In this document: one piece after another, positions 10,386-20,775 of the stretch
How positions within the stretch are numbered: position 1 is the first letter of the stretch
How the letters are laid out: every line of letters begins with the position of its first letter
Assembly (NCBI GenBank): GCA_965246715.1
Contig: CBDFFH010000038.1
Span: forward strand, 64,001 to 128,000
Direction of reading: 5' to 3'
DNA length: 64,000 nucleotides
Source: Chamaesiphon sp.
GTDB taxonomy: Bacteria; Cyanobacteriota; Cyanobacteriia; Cyanobacteriales; Chamaesiphonaceae
Notes under the pieces: model-generated
Told to the model about the DNA's origin: nothing
Seen by the model: the letters and a program-made list of their open reading frames with translations, nothing else
Databases searched by the model: none
Program-made: the position numbers and the translations under genes

Positions 10386-10976
10386 ATGCGCCTAATTGGA
10401 ATCACTGGTGGGATCGGTACGGGAAAAAGTACCGCTACTAACTATTTGCAAACGCGATATAACTTGCCAATTTGGGATGCGGACATTTATGCTCGATCGG
10501 CTGTAGCAGTCGGTTCGCCAATTTTACAGTCAATTAGTCAACGCTACGGTACGAATATCTTACAACCCGATGGCACCCTCGATCGGCGGCGCTTGGGAGC
10601 AATTGTCTTTAGCGATCCTACCGAACGTAACTGGCTAGAGCGCTACATTCATCCCTATGTCCGAACTTGCTTTGAAACTGAAATCAGTCATCTGGCATCA
10701 GCGGCTACCGCAGTATTGGCAATTCCCTTATTATTTGAAGCAAAAATGACCGATCTCGTTACCGAAATTTGGGTAGTTAGTTGCGATCGTGCTACTCAAT
10801 TAAACCGGATTGTAACTCGCGATCGCATTTCCGAGTCAGCAGCAATGGTCCGAATTGCCAGTCAAATGTCGCTTACTGATAAAATAGCTCAAGCAGATGT
10901 AAATTTAGATAACTCGACTACTGTAGCCGATCTAGAACGGCAAATCGACGATCGACTAAGCGGCAATATTACCTAA
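10386..10976 (+). CDS. coaE: Dephospho-CoA kinase
   Basis: GITGGIGTGKST P-loop, DAD, IHPYV, IPLLFE. Confidence 0.95.
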   Translation: MRLIGITGGIGTGKSTATNYLQTRYNLPIWDADIYARSAVAVGSPILQSISQRYGTNILQPDGTLDRRRLGAIVFSDPTERNWLERYIHPYVRTCFETEISHLASAATAVLAIPLLFEAKMTDLVTEIWVVSCDRATQLNRIVTRDRISESAAMVRIASQMSLTDKIAQADVNLDNSTTVADLERQIDDRLSGNIT

Positions 10977-10982
10977 GATCTT

Positions 10983-12662
10983 ATGCTCAAAAACTGGTTG
11001 ACGATCGGTTCGATCGCTTTTGGAGTCAGCTTTGCTTGTGTTTTACCGTTCAATCGCAATCTCACTCAATCTGCACTGATCGGTTTGGCGACTATTCCTG
11101 GCACATTTGCTGGGACAGCTACCAAATCTCGTCAACGCCGTCAGCAGCTCCACCGTCAGATCGCATCCGAAATATCGCGATTGCATGGGTTGCGAAAACA
11201 ATCAGAAACGCTCGCGCGACAGTTGCAACTTACCACAACAGAGCGTCAATCGATCGAAGCACGAGTACGCCAACTAAATACTTTAGCAGTTGACTTAACC
11301 GAGCGGATCGATCGAGATCGTCATTATCATACTCAGCTAGAGCAACAATTAGCGCTTACGACTATTTATACTCAAGAGCAAGACGGTATTGTCGAAAAGT
11401 TGGATTTACAAATATCAGATAAACGTGCTTCTTTATTAGAATTGGAAGGACAATTATCTGAAATTAAATTTCAGCTCAACTCCACAGAATTAGAGCTGAG
11501 TAAGAAACAGTCAAGATTAGAATATCTTGAAGCTGAATCGCTCGCAAAGACTAATGAAATTGCCGCCAGCGATCGCAGCTTGCAAGTAATTCGCGCAGAT
11601 ATCGCCGTGCATCAAGCAGAATTAACTAATTTAGAAGCTCAGCTTCATACTCATATCGATGAATTTGACGATCGCGAACTCGTTAATCTCAGATTGCAAC
11701 TAAACGCGATCGAATTAGCCTACAGTGAGAAACAGTCGATCTTAGCAGATTTAGAATCGCAAGTGCTTGCTAAAACCACCGAAATTGCATCAAACGATCG
11801 CAATTTACAAATAACTCAGGCTGAAATTATCGAGCGTCAGGCAGAACTAGCTAACTTAGAATCTCAGTTGCAAGTAAAAATTTCAGAAGCTAGCAAAATC
11901 GATCTAGATAACTTAAGAATGCAGCTAAATTCGCTGGAATCAGCATCGATCGCCAAGCAGACACAACTAGCATCTTTAGAGTCCCAACTATCAGTCAAAA
12001 ACACTGAATTTGAGTCGACAGAGCGCGATCTACAATTAGCTCAGGCGGAACTGATGACTCGTCAATCTGAATTAGCTAATTTAGAATCTCAGCTGAGATC
12101 GAAAATCGAAGAAGCTAATCAGATCGATATCGTAGCTTTACGATCGCAACTAAACTCGCTCGAATTACAATCTCGCGAACAGCAGGAAAGACTAGAAAGT
12201 TTAGAGTCTCAATCGCTCGCTAAAATTAACGAGATCGCCATCACCAATCGTAACTTAGAATTAACTCAATTAGAACTCGTCGATCGCCGATCGGAATTAG
12301 CCGAACTCGAGGCGAAGATTTATGCCAAACTCGAAGAGATGGATGATGTCGAGATCGATATCCAAATAGCGATGCAAAAAATCAAACCACAACCACCGCA
12401 GATATCGCGCAGTATTGACGGACTGCTCGGACAAGGTGAATGGCATCAGCAATTCATTGATAATCCGCATCTAGAGATTTTACAACATATCGAAAAACAC
12501 GGCGCGATCGCCGAAGCTGAAGTAAATCATAAACTAGGTAATCCGCGATCGGTCAGACAATTTGCCAATAAATTAGAAGAGTATACTCGATATTTACCAT
12601 TCACAATTAGAGTAGAATCATCACCCCAAGGAAATCGCTACTTGAGAGACTCACACAATTAA
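10983..12662 (+). CDS. Membrane-anchored coiled-coil protein with 75-aa repeats and a C-terminal winged-helix-like domain
   Basis: Two N-terminal hydrophobic segments; about 4 repeats with 225-bp period starting 11469, 11694, 11919, 12144; globular C-terminus. Confidence 0.8.
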   Translation: MLKNWLTIGSIAFGVSFACVLPFNRNLTQSALIGLATIPGTFAGTATKSRQRRQQLHRQIASEISRLHGLRKQSETLARQLQLTTTERQSIEARVRQLNTLAVDLTERIDRDRHYHTQLEQQLALTTIYTQEQDGIVEKLDLQISDKRASLLELEGQLSEIKFQLNSTELELSKKQSRLEYLEAESLAKTNEIAASDRSLQVIRADIAVHQAELTNLEAQLHTHIDEFDDRELVNLRLQLNAIELAYSEKQSILADLESQVLAKTTEIASNDRNLQITQAEIIERQAELANLESQLQVKISEASKIDLDNLRMQLNSLESASIAKQTQLASLESQLSVKNTEFESTERDLQLAQAELMTRQSELANLESQLRSKIEEANQIDIVALRSQLNSLELQSREQQERLESLESQSLAKINEIAITNRNLELTQLELVDRRSELAELEAKIYAKLEEMDDVEIDIQIAMQKIKPQPPQISRSIDGLLGQGEWHQQFIDNPHLEILQHIEKHGAIAEAEVNHKLGNPRSVRQFANKLEEYTRYLPFTIRVESSPQGNRYLRDSHN

Positions 12663-12780
12663 ATCGATCTCGATCGCTTTAAGCATCATTTATCACAACC
12701 ACTTCCCAAAAACAATTTCTGCCGATCGAATATCAAGCTACAATCATCACACACTATCAACTCATCATTCCTAATTTCCG

Positions 12781-14097
12781 ATGACAATTAACCCCAAAGA
12801 TATCGAGCATATATTCGAGCGATTGCGATCGGGTGTAGTGCCAGAGCGCGGACTAGAAGCATTTGCTGTTGGTATCGATCGATCTCGTGCCGAAATCCAA
12901 CGCCAACTCGACTTAGCTGGTAATAACGAAGGTGTCTTCAAATTCCTCCGTGGTGGGTATGGTTGTGGTAAAACTTTTATGGCGCGATTGGCGCTATTAG
13001 ATGCACGCGAACGGGGATTTGCGACGAGTTTCGTGGTGGTTTCGGATAACGATTTACACTTCCATCGATTCGATGATGTCTACCGCAAAGTCGTCCAAGA
13101 ATTAGGTACCGATCGGTGCGATCGCGGAGCATTAGGCTTTATTATCGATAAATGGATCGCCCGCGTCGAAGATGCCACCATCGACGGCGGAGCCAATCCC
13201 GACGAGCCAAATTTTGATGCGCTAATCCAAGAGCGGATCGAACAAGATTTAGCCTCGATGACTGGGGGTAAAGCACCCGAAGATATGGCACGGGTATTGC
13301 GATCGATCTTTGCGCTCAAACAGCAAAATGATATCCCTCAAGCCAGCGCATTGCTCTCCTGGCTATCGGGGAGTGAAAATGTCGATGCCGCCTCTAAAAG
13401 AATCGCCGGGATTAAGGGCGATATCGGCTCTAAAGAGGCGATGGACTATCTTCAGGGCATTTTAGCCATTACCAAAGCAGCAGGCTACAAAGGGCTGGTA
13501 ATCGTCATCGATGAAGCCGAAACGATGTTGCGAATGCGCCAAGATATCCGCGCCAAATCGCTCAATGGCATTCGCCAAATTTGCGATGCAGCCGATCGCT
13601 ATCCTGGTTTATTCTGGATCTTTACAGGTACGCCAGAATTTTTCGATACCAATCGCGGTGTCGCTGGTTTATCGCCCTTACACGATCGATTGAAACTAAT
13701 TAAAACGGGCAATTTTACCAATCCTCGCCAACCCCAATTAGTCTTAACACCTTTCGATGCCGAACGATTAAAAGATGTTGCACTCAAACTCAGAGACTTG
13801 TATCCTGGTGGCGAGCGCAAACAATTGAAGAAAAAAGTTACGCCCGAATTTATCAATCTATTAGTCGCAAAAGTCACTCAAGGTTTTGGCGGAGATGTAG
13901 GCATCGTCCCCCGTCAATTTCTGCGTCAATTAGTAAATATTCTCGATTTAGTCGCCACCGAGCCAGAGTTCGATCCAATGACTGATGGTGGTTATGATTT
14001 TACCGAACTCAATTCTGAAGAAGCCAGAATTCGCGATGGTTTACCCTATTTCGATAATGAACCTGCCGATGAAGAGCAATATGCCGTAACATTTTAG
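12781..14097 (+). CDS. brxD: BrxD/DUF2791-type P-loop ATPase
   Basis: LRSGVVPERGLEAFAVG, Walker A GGYGCGKT, Walker B LVIVIDEAE, GTPEFFD, PRQFLR. Confidence 0.88.
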   Translation: MTINPKDIEHIFERLRSGVVPERGLEAFAVGIDRSRAEIQRQLDLAGNNEGVFKFLRGGYGCGKTFMARLALLDARERGFATSFVVVSDNDLHFHRFDDVYRKVVQELGTDRCDRGALGFIIDKWIARVEDATIDGGANPDEPNFDALIQERIEQDLASMTGGKAPEDMARVLRSIFALKQQNDIPQASALLSWLSGSENVDAASKRIAGIKGDIGSKEAMDYLQGILAITKAAGYKGLVIVIDEAETMLRMRQDIRAKSLNGIRQICDAADRYPGLFWIFTGTPEFFDTNRGVAGLSPLHDRLKLIKTGNFTNPRQPQLVLTPFDAERLKDVALKLRDLYPGGERKQLKKKVTPEFINLLVAKVTQGFGGDVGIVPRQFLRQLVNILDLVATEPEFDPMTDGGYDFTELNSEEARIRDGLPYFDNEPADEEQYAVTF

Positions 14098-14132
14098 AAA
14101 TTATGAAAATTTTGTTCGATATTTTTTGGTTC

Positions 14133-14252
14133 TTAACGTGAGTTCGGGTTAAAGATATTTGCTGCGCTCTAGTACCGCCAACGATTGAAATCGTGGCTAG
14201 TAAAGCAAAGTCCGGTTGTTGCCGCGAGCGACAAAAGCCTGCCTTCGCGGAC
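14133..14252. mobile_element. Partial MITE-like element: terminus type B plus REP-like core
   Basis: ttaacgtgagttcgggttaa is the exact reverse complement of 29218-29237; core matches the 3311 and 19686 elements; no partner end seen. Confidence 0.65.
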
Positions 14253-14383
14253 AAGCTCCAGTACTAAAGTTTAGACTAAATCAAAAATCACGCTGTCAGT
14301 AGTGCCTTCGATCGGTTAATTTCTGGTTGTCGAAATCAGATCGCATTCGATCGTCAGATAATACAATCGGAGATCGCACGTTT

Positions 14384-15499
14384 CTACGCCCGACGTTCGG
14401 AGCGATAAAATGGTTTCTTGACAACGATAGCTGGGTGAAGTTTGCCCCGAATTTCGACTTCGACTACTTGCCCTGATTTAGCAAATTCAGTTGGGACATA
14501 AGCTAAGGCGATCGCCTGTCCGAGCGTTGGCGACATCGTACCGCTAGTGACGATCCCAACCCGCTGGTTGTCGATGATTACCGGATAGTCATGCCGAGCG
14601 ATGTATCGTCCCTGCATGTTCAACCCGACTAATTTACGCGTGACACCACGATTTTTTTGACCGATCAGCAAGTCGCGCCCGATAAAATCGCCCTTAGTAT
14701 CTAGATGTACCACCCAACCTAAGCCAGCTTCTAACGGCGTTGTGGTATCGCTAATATCTTGACCGTACAAACACATCGCTGCCTCCAACCGCAGGGTGTC
14801 GCGCGCCCCCAATCCGCAAGGGAGGACACCAGCGGCGCAGAGTGCATCCCAAAGTTGGGGCGCAATTGCGGCGGGTACCATCACTTCAAATCCATCTTCA
14901 CCAGTGTAGCCAGTGCGAGCGATAAAGGCCGGATTGTCAAAAACAACCGCATTGGCATGGCCGAAATTTGCCAATTGACTGAGATCGATATCCACTAGTG
15001 GCTGAAGATGCTGGAGTGTTTCCGGGCCTTGGATGGCGATTAGCGCTTGTGTTGCGGAGAGATCTTGAAACTCGACCCGATCGAGATCTAGATGCGCCAA
15101 CAACCACTCTTTGTCCTTATCCTTCGTCCCAGCATTGACAATAACGACGACATTACCCGCGCCTTGCTGATAAACGATAATGTCATCGATGATACCTGCT
15201 TGCGGATTTAATAGCACTGTATACTGAGCTTGTCCGGGTTGGAGGCGGCTCAAATCGGACGGAACTAACTTTTGGAGTTGGGAGATCGCTGCTTCGCCAT
15301 GCAGGGTAAACTTACCCATATGGGAGATATCAAACATCCCCACCCGATCGCGAATTGCTTCATGTTCTGGGGTAAGTCCGCTAAACTGGACTGGCATTTC
15401 CCAGCCCGAAAAAGTAGTCATTCTCGCTCCCAAGGCGATCGCCCGATCGTACAACGGAGTGCGTAATAATATTGGAGTAGCAGAGTCTGCTGAAGTCAT
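14384..15499 (-). CDS. gcvT: Glycine cleavage system aminomethyltransferase T
   Basis: [33 protein letters not shown]. Confidence 0.97.
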   Translation of the reverse strand: MTSADSATPILLRTPLYDRAIALGARMTTFSGWEMPVQFSGLTPEHEAIRDRVGMFDISHMGKFTLHGEAAISQLQKLVPSDLSRLQPGQAQYTVLLNPQAGIIDDIIVYQQGAGNVVVIVNAGTKDKDKEWLLAHLDLDRVEFQDLSATQALIAIQGPETLQHLQPLVDIDLSQLANFGHANAVVFDNPAFIARTGYTGEDGFEVMVPAAIAPQLWDALCAAGVLPCGLGARDTLRLEAAMCLYGQDISDTTTPLEAGLGWVVHLDTKGDFIGRDLLIGQKNRGVTRKLVGLNMQGRYIARHDYPVIIDNQRVGIVTSGTMSPTLGQAIALAYVPTEFAKSGQVVEVEIRGKLHPAIVVKKPFYRSERRA

Positions 15500-15667
15500 A
15501 GGATTTTGGATAGTGGATTCAATACAGCGACTCGCTCTGTGGCTTAGTCAACTAATAGGAATTATATTGGCGATCGAGTATTTAGGATTGGATATATTCG
15601 CCCGATCGCGGCAATCTCTCTAGATAATGCCTCATCCCGGACACCGCGCACTTCAACCCCTACTGCC

Positions 15668-15877
15668 ATGAATAGTGAAGAATTAGCAAAATACATCGAG
15701 CAAACAGATGGAATGGGTAAATCGTGGTTATTAGTACAGCTACGATTGCAAAAACTAGCCGAACAGAAGTCCCAGCTATCGCGTGAGGAATATATCGAGC
15801 GACTAGATGATATCCACCGCGACATGATGCAGCTTGGGGAATGGTGGTTGGGCATCGAATCAGACGTGTTTCAGTAG
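15668..15877 (+). CDS. Small conserved cyanobacterial hypothetical protein
   Basis: MNSEELAKYIEQTDG..KSWLLVQLRLQKL...LGEWW.G.E; protein-like composition. Confidence 0.75.
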   Translation: MNSEELAKYIEQTDGMGKSWLLVQLRLQKLAEQKSQLSREEYIERLDDIHRDMMQLGEWWLGIESDVFQ

Positions 15878-15966
15878 CGATCGGGGAGAATAAGGATTTG
15901 TGAATAAAGATGGGAGCAAGCGAAATTTATAACTGATAATTCATGATTTTAGAGACATTTGGTGTC

Positions 15967-16001
15967 AATTCATAATTTATAATTCACAACTCATAATTTA
16001 T
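15967..16001 (+). repeat. STRR-like heptamer tandem repeat (5 degenerate AATTCAT units)
   Basis: aattcat aatttat aattcac aactcat aatttat. Confidence 0.7.
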
Positions 16002-16006
16002 TAAAG

Positions 16007-18187
16007 ATGGTTTCTTCTAAACATACAGCTTCCAATTCATCAGATATCGATCTGTCTGCACCACAATATTATCTAAGTCGCGAACTGACTTGGTTGGAAT
16101 TCAACGCTCGCGTATTGCACGAAGCGATGGACGAGCGCACGCCACTACTCGAACGGCTGAAATTTATGGGAATTTTCAGCTCGAATCTCGATGAATTTTT
16201 TATGGTACGAATTGCCGCGATCGGCCAACAAATCGAGGCCAAAGTCAGCAAACTCACCCCAGATGGACGGACTCCACAAGAACAATTAGCAGTAGCTAGC
16301 GATCGAGTCCAAAAGTTAGTTACGCAGCAACACCAACATTTTGAGACAGTATTGCGTCCGGCAATGACAAAACAGGGAATTTATCTATTAGATTACTTCG
16401 ATCTCAATCAAGAGCAGCGCAACTATCTCCAAACCTATTTTGAAGAGCAAATTTTCCCCGTTCTCACTCCATTAGCTGTCGATCCCGGACATCCATTTCC
16501 ATACATTTCCAATCTAAGTTTAAATCTAGCTGTCGTTATCAAACATCCCGAGACAGGAGAAGGGCTATTTGCCCGAGTCAAGGTACCTAAAGTTTTGCCA
16601 CGTTTTATCGAACTCCCGAACAGCTTGCCATCGGCGACGGCAATCGAACTGCAAGCGATCGATCGCGAAAATTCCTTGCAAGGTGAAGCAAATTCGCCAC
16701 AAATTTGGACGGGAATTCCCTTGGAACAATTAATCGCGCACAATTTAGAGTCCCTCTTTCCAGGGATGAATATCCAAGATTGTTTCACTTTTAGAGTGAC
16801 GCGTAATGCGGATATTAGTGTTGCGGAAGATGATGCTGACGATCTACTCTTAGCGATCGAACATGGCTTGCGAAAGCGTCGCAAAGGTGGATCGACAGTG
16901 CGGATCGAAGTAGACGCGACGATGCCCAGTCAGATCCGTCAAATGCTCCAGGAGGAATTGGAAGTCACCGCTCAAGATATTTATGAAGTCAATGGCATGT
17001 TGAGTTTGGGAGATCTGATGTCTTTTTTATCACTACCCATACCTGAATTAAAAGATTCGCCGTGGACACCGATCGTCCCAGCATATTTCAAGCGATTGAA
17101 AGTAACTGATGATGGCAGTAACCTCTTCAATTTAATCGCCAAACGCGATTTATTAGTCCATCATCCTTATCAGTCTTTTTCCGATACGGTCGAACGCTTT
17201 ATTACCTGTGCGGCTAATGATGCTAAGGTCTTGGCGATTAAGATGACCCTGTACCGCACGACGGGAGATTCAATTATTCTCAAATCATTAATTAAAGCTG
17301 CTGAGAATGGCAAACAAGTCTCGGTATTAATCGAACTCAAAGCAAGATTTGACGAGCAAAACAATATTAACTTAGCGCGGAAATTAGAACAAGCCGGAGT
17401 GCATGTCGTCTATGGTTTAGTCGGTCTCAAAACACACACTAAAGTAGTATTAGTCATCCGCCGCGAAGATGAAAAAATTCGTCGCTACGTTCATATCGGG
17501 ACGGGTAACTATAATGCCAAAACATCCAAACTATATACCGATGTCGGGATTTTTAGCGCGCGCCCCGAACTCGGAGCAGATCTGACAGATTTATTCAACT
17601 ATCTGACTGGTTATTCGCAACAACGCGCCTATCGCAAATTAATTGTTTCACCTGTAAATGTGCGCGAATCTTTCGATCGATTGATCCAACAAGAAATCGA
17701 TCTCGCGCGCTCGGGGGGTACTGGCAGAATCGTCGCTAAAATGAATGCCTTAGTAGATTCCCATACGATCGTCAGTCTCTATCGCGCCTCTCAAGCTGGT
17801 GTATCGATCGATTTGATCGTGCGCGGCATGTGCTGCCTGCGTCCCGGTGTACCTGGCGTGAGCGAGAATATCCGCGTCATCAGCATCATCGGTCGATTTT
17901 TAGAGCATTCACGTATTTATTATTTCCATAATGGCGGCGACGAAAAAATCTTCATCGGTAGTGCCGATTGGATGACCAGAAATCTCGATCGGCGAGTTGA
18001 AGTGATTGCCCCGATCGAAGATCGTGACATCTCGAAAGATCTCCAAGAAATTCTCGGCATTATGTTAGCCGATACGCGTCAGGCTTGGGATATGCAACCC
18101 GATGGCACTTATCTTCAACGTCGTCCCCGCACCCGCGATGAAGATCAAAGTACCCAGCAAATCCTGATGGAAATGGCAAGCCAATAG
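16007..18187 (+). CDS. ppk1: Polyphosphate kinase 1
   Basis: SRELTWLEFN, SSNLDEFFMVR, HHPY, KTHTK, GRFLEHSR, SADWMTRNLDRRVE. Confidence 0.98.
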   Translation: MVSSKHTASNSSDIDLSAPQYYLSRELTWLEFNARVLHEAMDERTPLLERLKFMGIFSSNLDEFFMVRIAAIGQQIEAKVSKLTPDGRTPQEQLAVASDRVQKLVTQQHQHFETVLRPAMTKQGIYLLDYFDLNQEQRNYLQTYFEEQIFPVLTPLAVDPGHPFPYISNLSLNLAVVIKHPETGEGLFARVKVPKVLPRFIELPNSLPSATAIELQAIDRENSLQGEANSPQIWTGIPLEQLIAHNLESLFPGMNIQDCFTFRVTRNADISVAEDDADDLLLAIEHGLRKRRKGGSTVRIEVDATMPSQIRQMLQEELEVTAQDIYEVNGMLSLGDLMSFLSLPIPELKDSPWTPIVPAYFKRLKVTDDGSNLFNLIAKRDLLVHHPYQSFSDTVERFITCAANDAKVLAIKMTLYRTTGDSIILKSLIKAAENGKQVSVLIELKARFDEQNNINLARKLEQAGVHVVYGLVGLKTHTKVVLVIRREDEKIRRYVHIGTGNYNAKTSKLYTDVGIFSARPELGADLTDLFNYLTGYSQQRAYRKLIVSPVNVRESFDRLIQQEIDLARSGGTGRIVAKMNALVDSHTIVSLYRASQAGVSIDLIVRGMCCLRPGVPGVSENIRVISIIGRFLEHSRIYYFHNGGDEKIFIGSADWMTRNLDRRVEVIAPIEDRDISKDLQEILGIMLADTRQAWDMQPDGTYLQRRPRTRDEDQSTQQILMEMASQ

Positions 18188-18216
18188 CTTGTTAGGCTTT
18201 AGGCGATTAGTCGATC

Positions 18217-18253
18217 GAACATCCCCGACTTCTCCAAGAAGTCGGGGATGTTC
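18217..18253. terminator. Hairpin between convergent ppk1 and HAD genes
   Basis: gaacatccccgacttct-cca-agaagtcggggatgttc perfect stem. Confidence 0.65.
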
Positions 18254-18255
18254 TG

Positions 18256-18975
18256 CTAGCAACTAGATTGGAGCGATCGCGCTTCGAGCAACCCCGATAA
18301 CCGATCGATCGTCATCCCCGCCAGGTCTGGCACGACTAGATCCGCAGCACTAAAATCCTGGTCGGCAGTTGTCGCACCAGGTGTCGCGATCGTGATAATC
18401 CCAGCAGCTTTGGCGGCGGCGAGGCTGGCGGGAGTATCTTCGAGCGCGATAACTTCATCAGCTTTGAGATTTAACCGATCGAGGCAGTAGAGATAAGCAT
18501 CTGGTGCTGGCTTGGGTCGATCGATCTTGTCGATTGTCACGATCGTCGCAAATCGATCTAGCGATAATAAGCCATCCAATGCCGCACCGATGGCCGCCAC
18601 GTTCTCGGGATAAGTTGACGTACAAAATGCCATCCGGATGTGCGCGTCCGCGCAGGCATCCATCAACGCGACAACACCCGGACGCGGAACGATCTGGGTG
18701 TCGTCGAGCATAGCGGCATAAAAATCGGTCTTGGCTTTGTGCAACTTCGCAATCTTTGCCTCCGGAACTGCCGTGCGCGCTGGGTCGGCATTCCGATATG
18801 CCAGGATGCGATTTTGACCGCCATTGATTTTAAGCAATGTCCGATAGGTGTCGGGACTCCAGTTCCAGTCGAGTCCTGCCGATCGGAAGGCTGCGTTGAA
18901 GGCTTGGCGCTGGATGTCGGATGTTTCGACGATCGTACCGATCGCTCCAAATATTACTGCTTGTAGTCGCTCCAT
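18256..18975 (-). CDS. HAD-superfamily hydrolase, CbbY-like
   Basis: QRQAFNAAF, GG..RI, KPAPDAY, EDT motifs; motif I reads FGAIGT instead of FDxDGT. Confidence 0.8.
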   Translation of the reverse strand: MERLQAVIFGAIGTIVETSDIQRQAFNAAFRSAGLDWNWSPDTYRTLLKINGGQNRILAYRNADPARTAVPEAKIAKLHKAKTDFYAAMLDDTQIVPRPGVVALMDACADAHIRMAFCTSTYPENVAAIGAALDGLLSLDRFATIVTIDKIDRPKPAPDAYLYCLDRLNLKADEVIALEDTPASLAAAKAAGIITIATPGATTADQDFSAADLVVPDLAGMTIDRLSGLLEARSLQSSC

Positions 18976-19088
18976 AATGTTATTGATGTAGGTCAGATTC
19001 TTGGCAAGTAGGGGTTAAAAGGATCGGAGTTGGGGTATAACCAACCGAACGCCTTCAGCTAGCGATCTCGATCGCACCTTAGCTAAAA

Positions 19089-19457
19089 TTATTTATTAGC
19101 ATTAACCTCATCGCTCAACTCATTCCCACTATTTTTTGCTACGTCAGGATACATCGAACCAAATTCTTTAACTGCATCTGCCGATTGCTCGCCAATTCTT
19201 TTGAGGCGTTCGCCCGGTTTGCCTTTGACTTCGCGCGCCTGTTTTTGCCATTCTGCTGTCGTTTTCGGTCGATCGGGGTTTTCCTGCTCCATTTTGCGCT
19301 CTAGCCGATCGATCGCACCTTTGCTGGCGAGATCCGGAACGACGTTGGTTGTTAGCAGCACAAATCCGACTAAGAGCGCGGGTAAAAACTGCTTGACGTG
19401 TAATTTGTTAAGTAGAGAGCCGATCTGCGTAAATGCCCCATGAATCAAACTTAGCAT
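19089..19457 (-). CDS. Hypothetical protein (one TM/signal segment, charged tail)
   Basis: RPKTTAEWQKQARE...GERLKRIGEQSADAVKEFG; start uncertain (19484 or 19457). Confidence 0.7.
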   Translation of the reverse strand: MLSLIHGAFTQIGSLLNKLHVKQFLPALLVGFVLLTTNVVPDLASKGAIDRLERKMEQENPDRPKTTAEWQKQAREVKGKPGERLKRIGEQSADAVKEFGSMYPDVAKNSGNELSDEVNANK

Positions 19458-19685
19458 AATAATTTCCTCAAATAGAAGCTTCATCTAGATCGCAGTATTA
19501 AGCATTACTTAATACAACTCGATGATAACTATAAAAATCTTGCCGGATACTCTATCAAAAGGGATAAATCAGGATTCGATCTGACTTTAAAACCGCAATA
19601 TTTGCTGCTAGCAAATCGATTTTCACTGCGATTACAACCGCGATCCAGTAGCGATGCTGAGGTTAGGGGCATTCTGGACACTCTG

Positions 19686-19875
19686 AGAGGATGTCTAAAA
19701 AGTGGACAGCGGTTGAAACCGCCGCTAGTGTTGCAAAGTCCGGTTGTTGCCGCGAGCGGCAAAAGCCTGCCTTCGCGGACTAACAGTTTCTTTAACCTGC
19801 GTAGGCAGGTTTCGCAAATGTAGCTGCGATTTTAATCGCTGGGCTACCAAGGATCGGACTTTTCCGACATCCTCT
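19686..19875. mobile_element. MITE-like element, terminus type C with REP-like doublet core
   Basis: agaggatgtctaaaaagt ... acttttccgacatcctct inverted termini; core shares caaagtccggttgttgccgcgagcg(g/a)caaaagcctgccttcgcggac with 14133. Confidence 0.75.
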
Positions 19876-19888
19876 GAACGCACAGCAG

Positions 19889-20515
19889 TTATTTTCGAGT
19901 CTGAATGACTTGAAGACTGCCACCTGCATGGAGACTGGGCGCGAGGTCGATCTCAAACCCCACATCGCGTAACATCTGCACCAAATCGGTATCGATTAAT
20001 TCCCATGCCGATTCTGTTTCAAACAACCAAAAAAAGACCGTCAAACCGGGAATGTATAACGGATTGGTCGGCCGATGAAAATCTACCATTGTAAATATCC
20101 CGCCGGGCTTGAGGACGCGATATACTTGAGTAAAAATTTGGTGTAGTTGCGATCGAGTCATTTCATGCATCGCTGCGCTAGTATGAATGAGATCGAATTG
20201 GGCATCGGCGAAGGGCATGTCTTCGGCTAACGCTTCGACATACTTCGCCTGTGGGACATTGCGCCGCGATCGACTCAACGATAATGGCGAAATATCCAAG
20301 CCTGTCACGTCATCGGAGTACTCCAACAGGATTCCCGTCACCTGACCGCTACCACAACACAGATCGAGAATTTTGGCATGGGGATCGATTTCTAGTCCCG
20401 TCAGTGCCAATCGCCGAAATCGTGCCGCACCACCAACCGCGATCGCTGCAACGTTCGAGATCCCATCGTATAGCCACTGATACTGATAGCTCCAAGTCCG
20501 TAGAATCGTACCCAT
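19889..20515 (-). CDS. Class I SAM-dependent methyltransferase (UbiE-like)
   Basis: ILDLCCGSG, RVLKPGG. Confidence 0.9.
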   Translation of the reverse strand: MGTILRTWSYQYQWLYDGISNVAAIAVGGAARFRRLALTGLEIDPHAKILDLCCGSGQVTGILLEYSDDVTGLDISPLSLSRSRRNVPQAKYVEALAEDMPFADAQFDLIHTSAAMHEMTRSQLHQIFTQVYRVLKPGGIFTMVDFHRPTNPLYIPGLTVFFWLFETESAWELIDTDLVQMLRDVGFEIDLAPSLHAGGSLQVIQTRK

Positions 20516-20775
20516 ATTATCTTAATCTTTACTTAATAAAGTTGTTGGAGTGAGGCGATCGAGCTGTAACCCGCCATCACCACCCACTCTGTCAGTTTAA
20601 CCGATCGATATCGAGAACAGATTTAGCCGCAGCATGACTCACACCTTTATGAGATTTACCTTTACAATGGGTAACAGTAAGTGCCTTAAACCCAAAGAGT
20701 GATGTACTTGACTGAACCCTAAGCTGTTAGTGGGCATAATAACTTACGCGTCGTCTCCTTGGAGTGAGCTATCTG

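Noticed and set aside
12781..14097. Complete BREX system
   Set aside because: No pglX, pglZ phosphatase domain, brxC or helicase is present in the window.
14384..15660. Glycine riboswitch upstream of gcvT
   Set aside because: No recognisable aptamer pattern in the short upstream region by eye.
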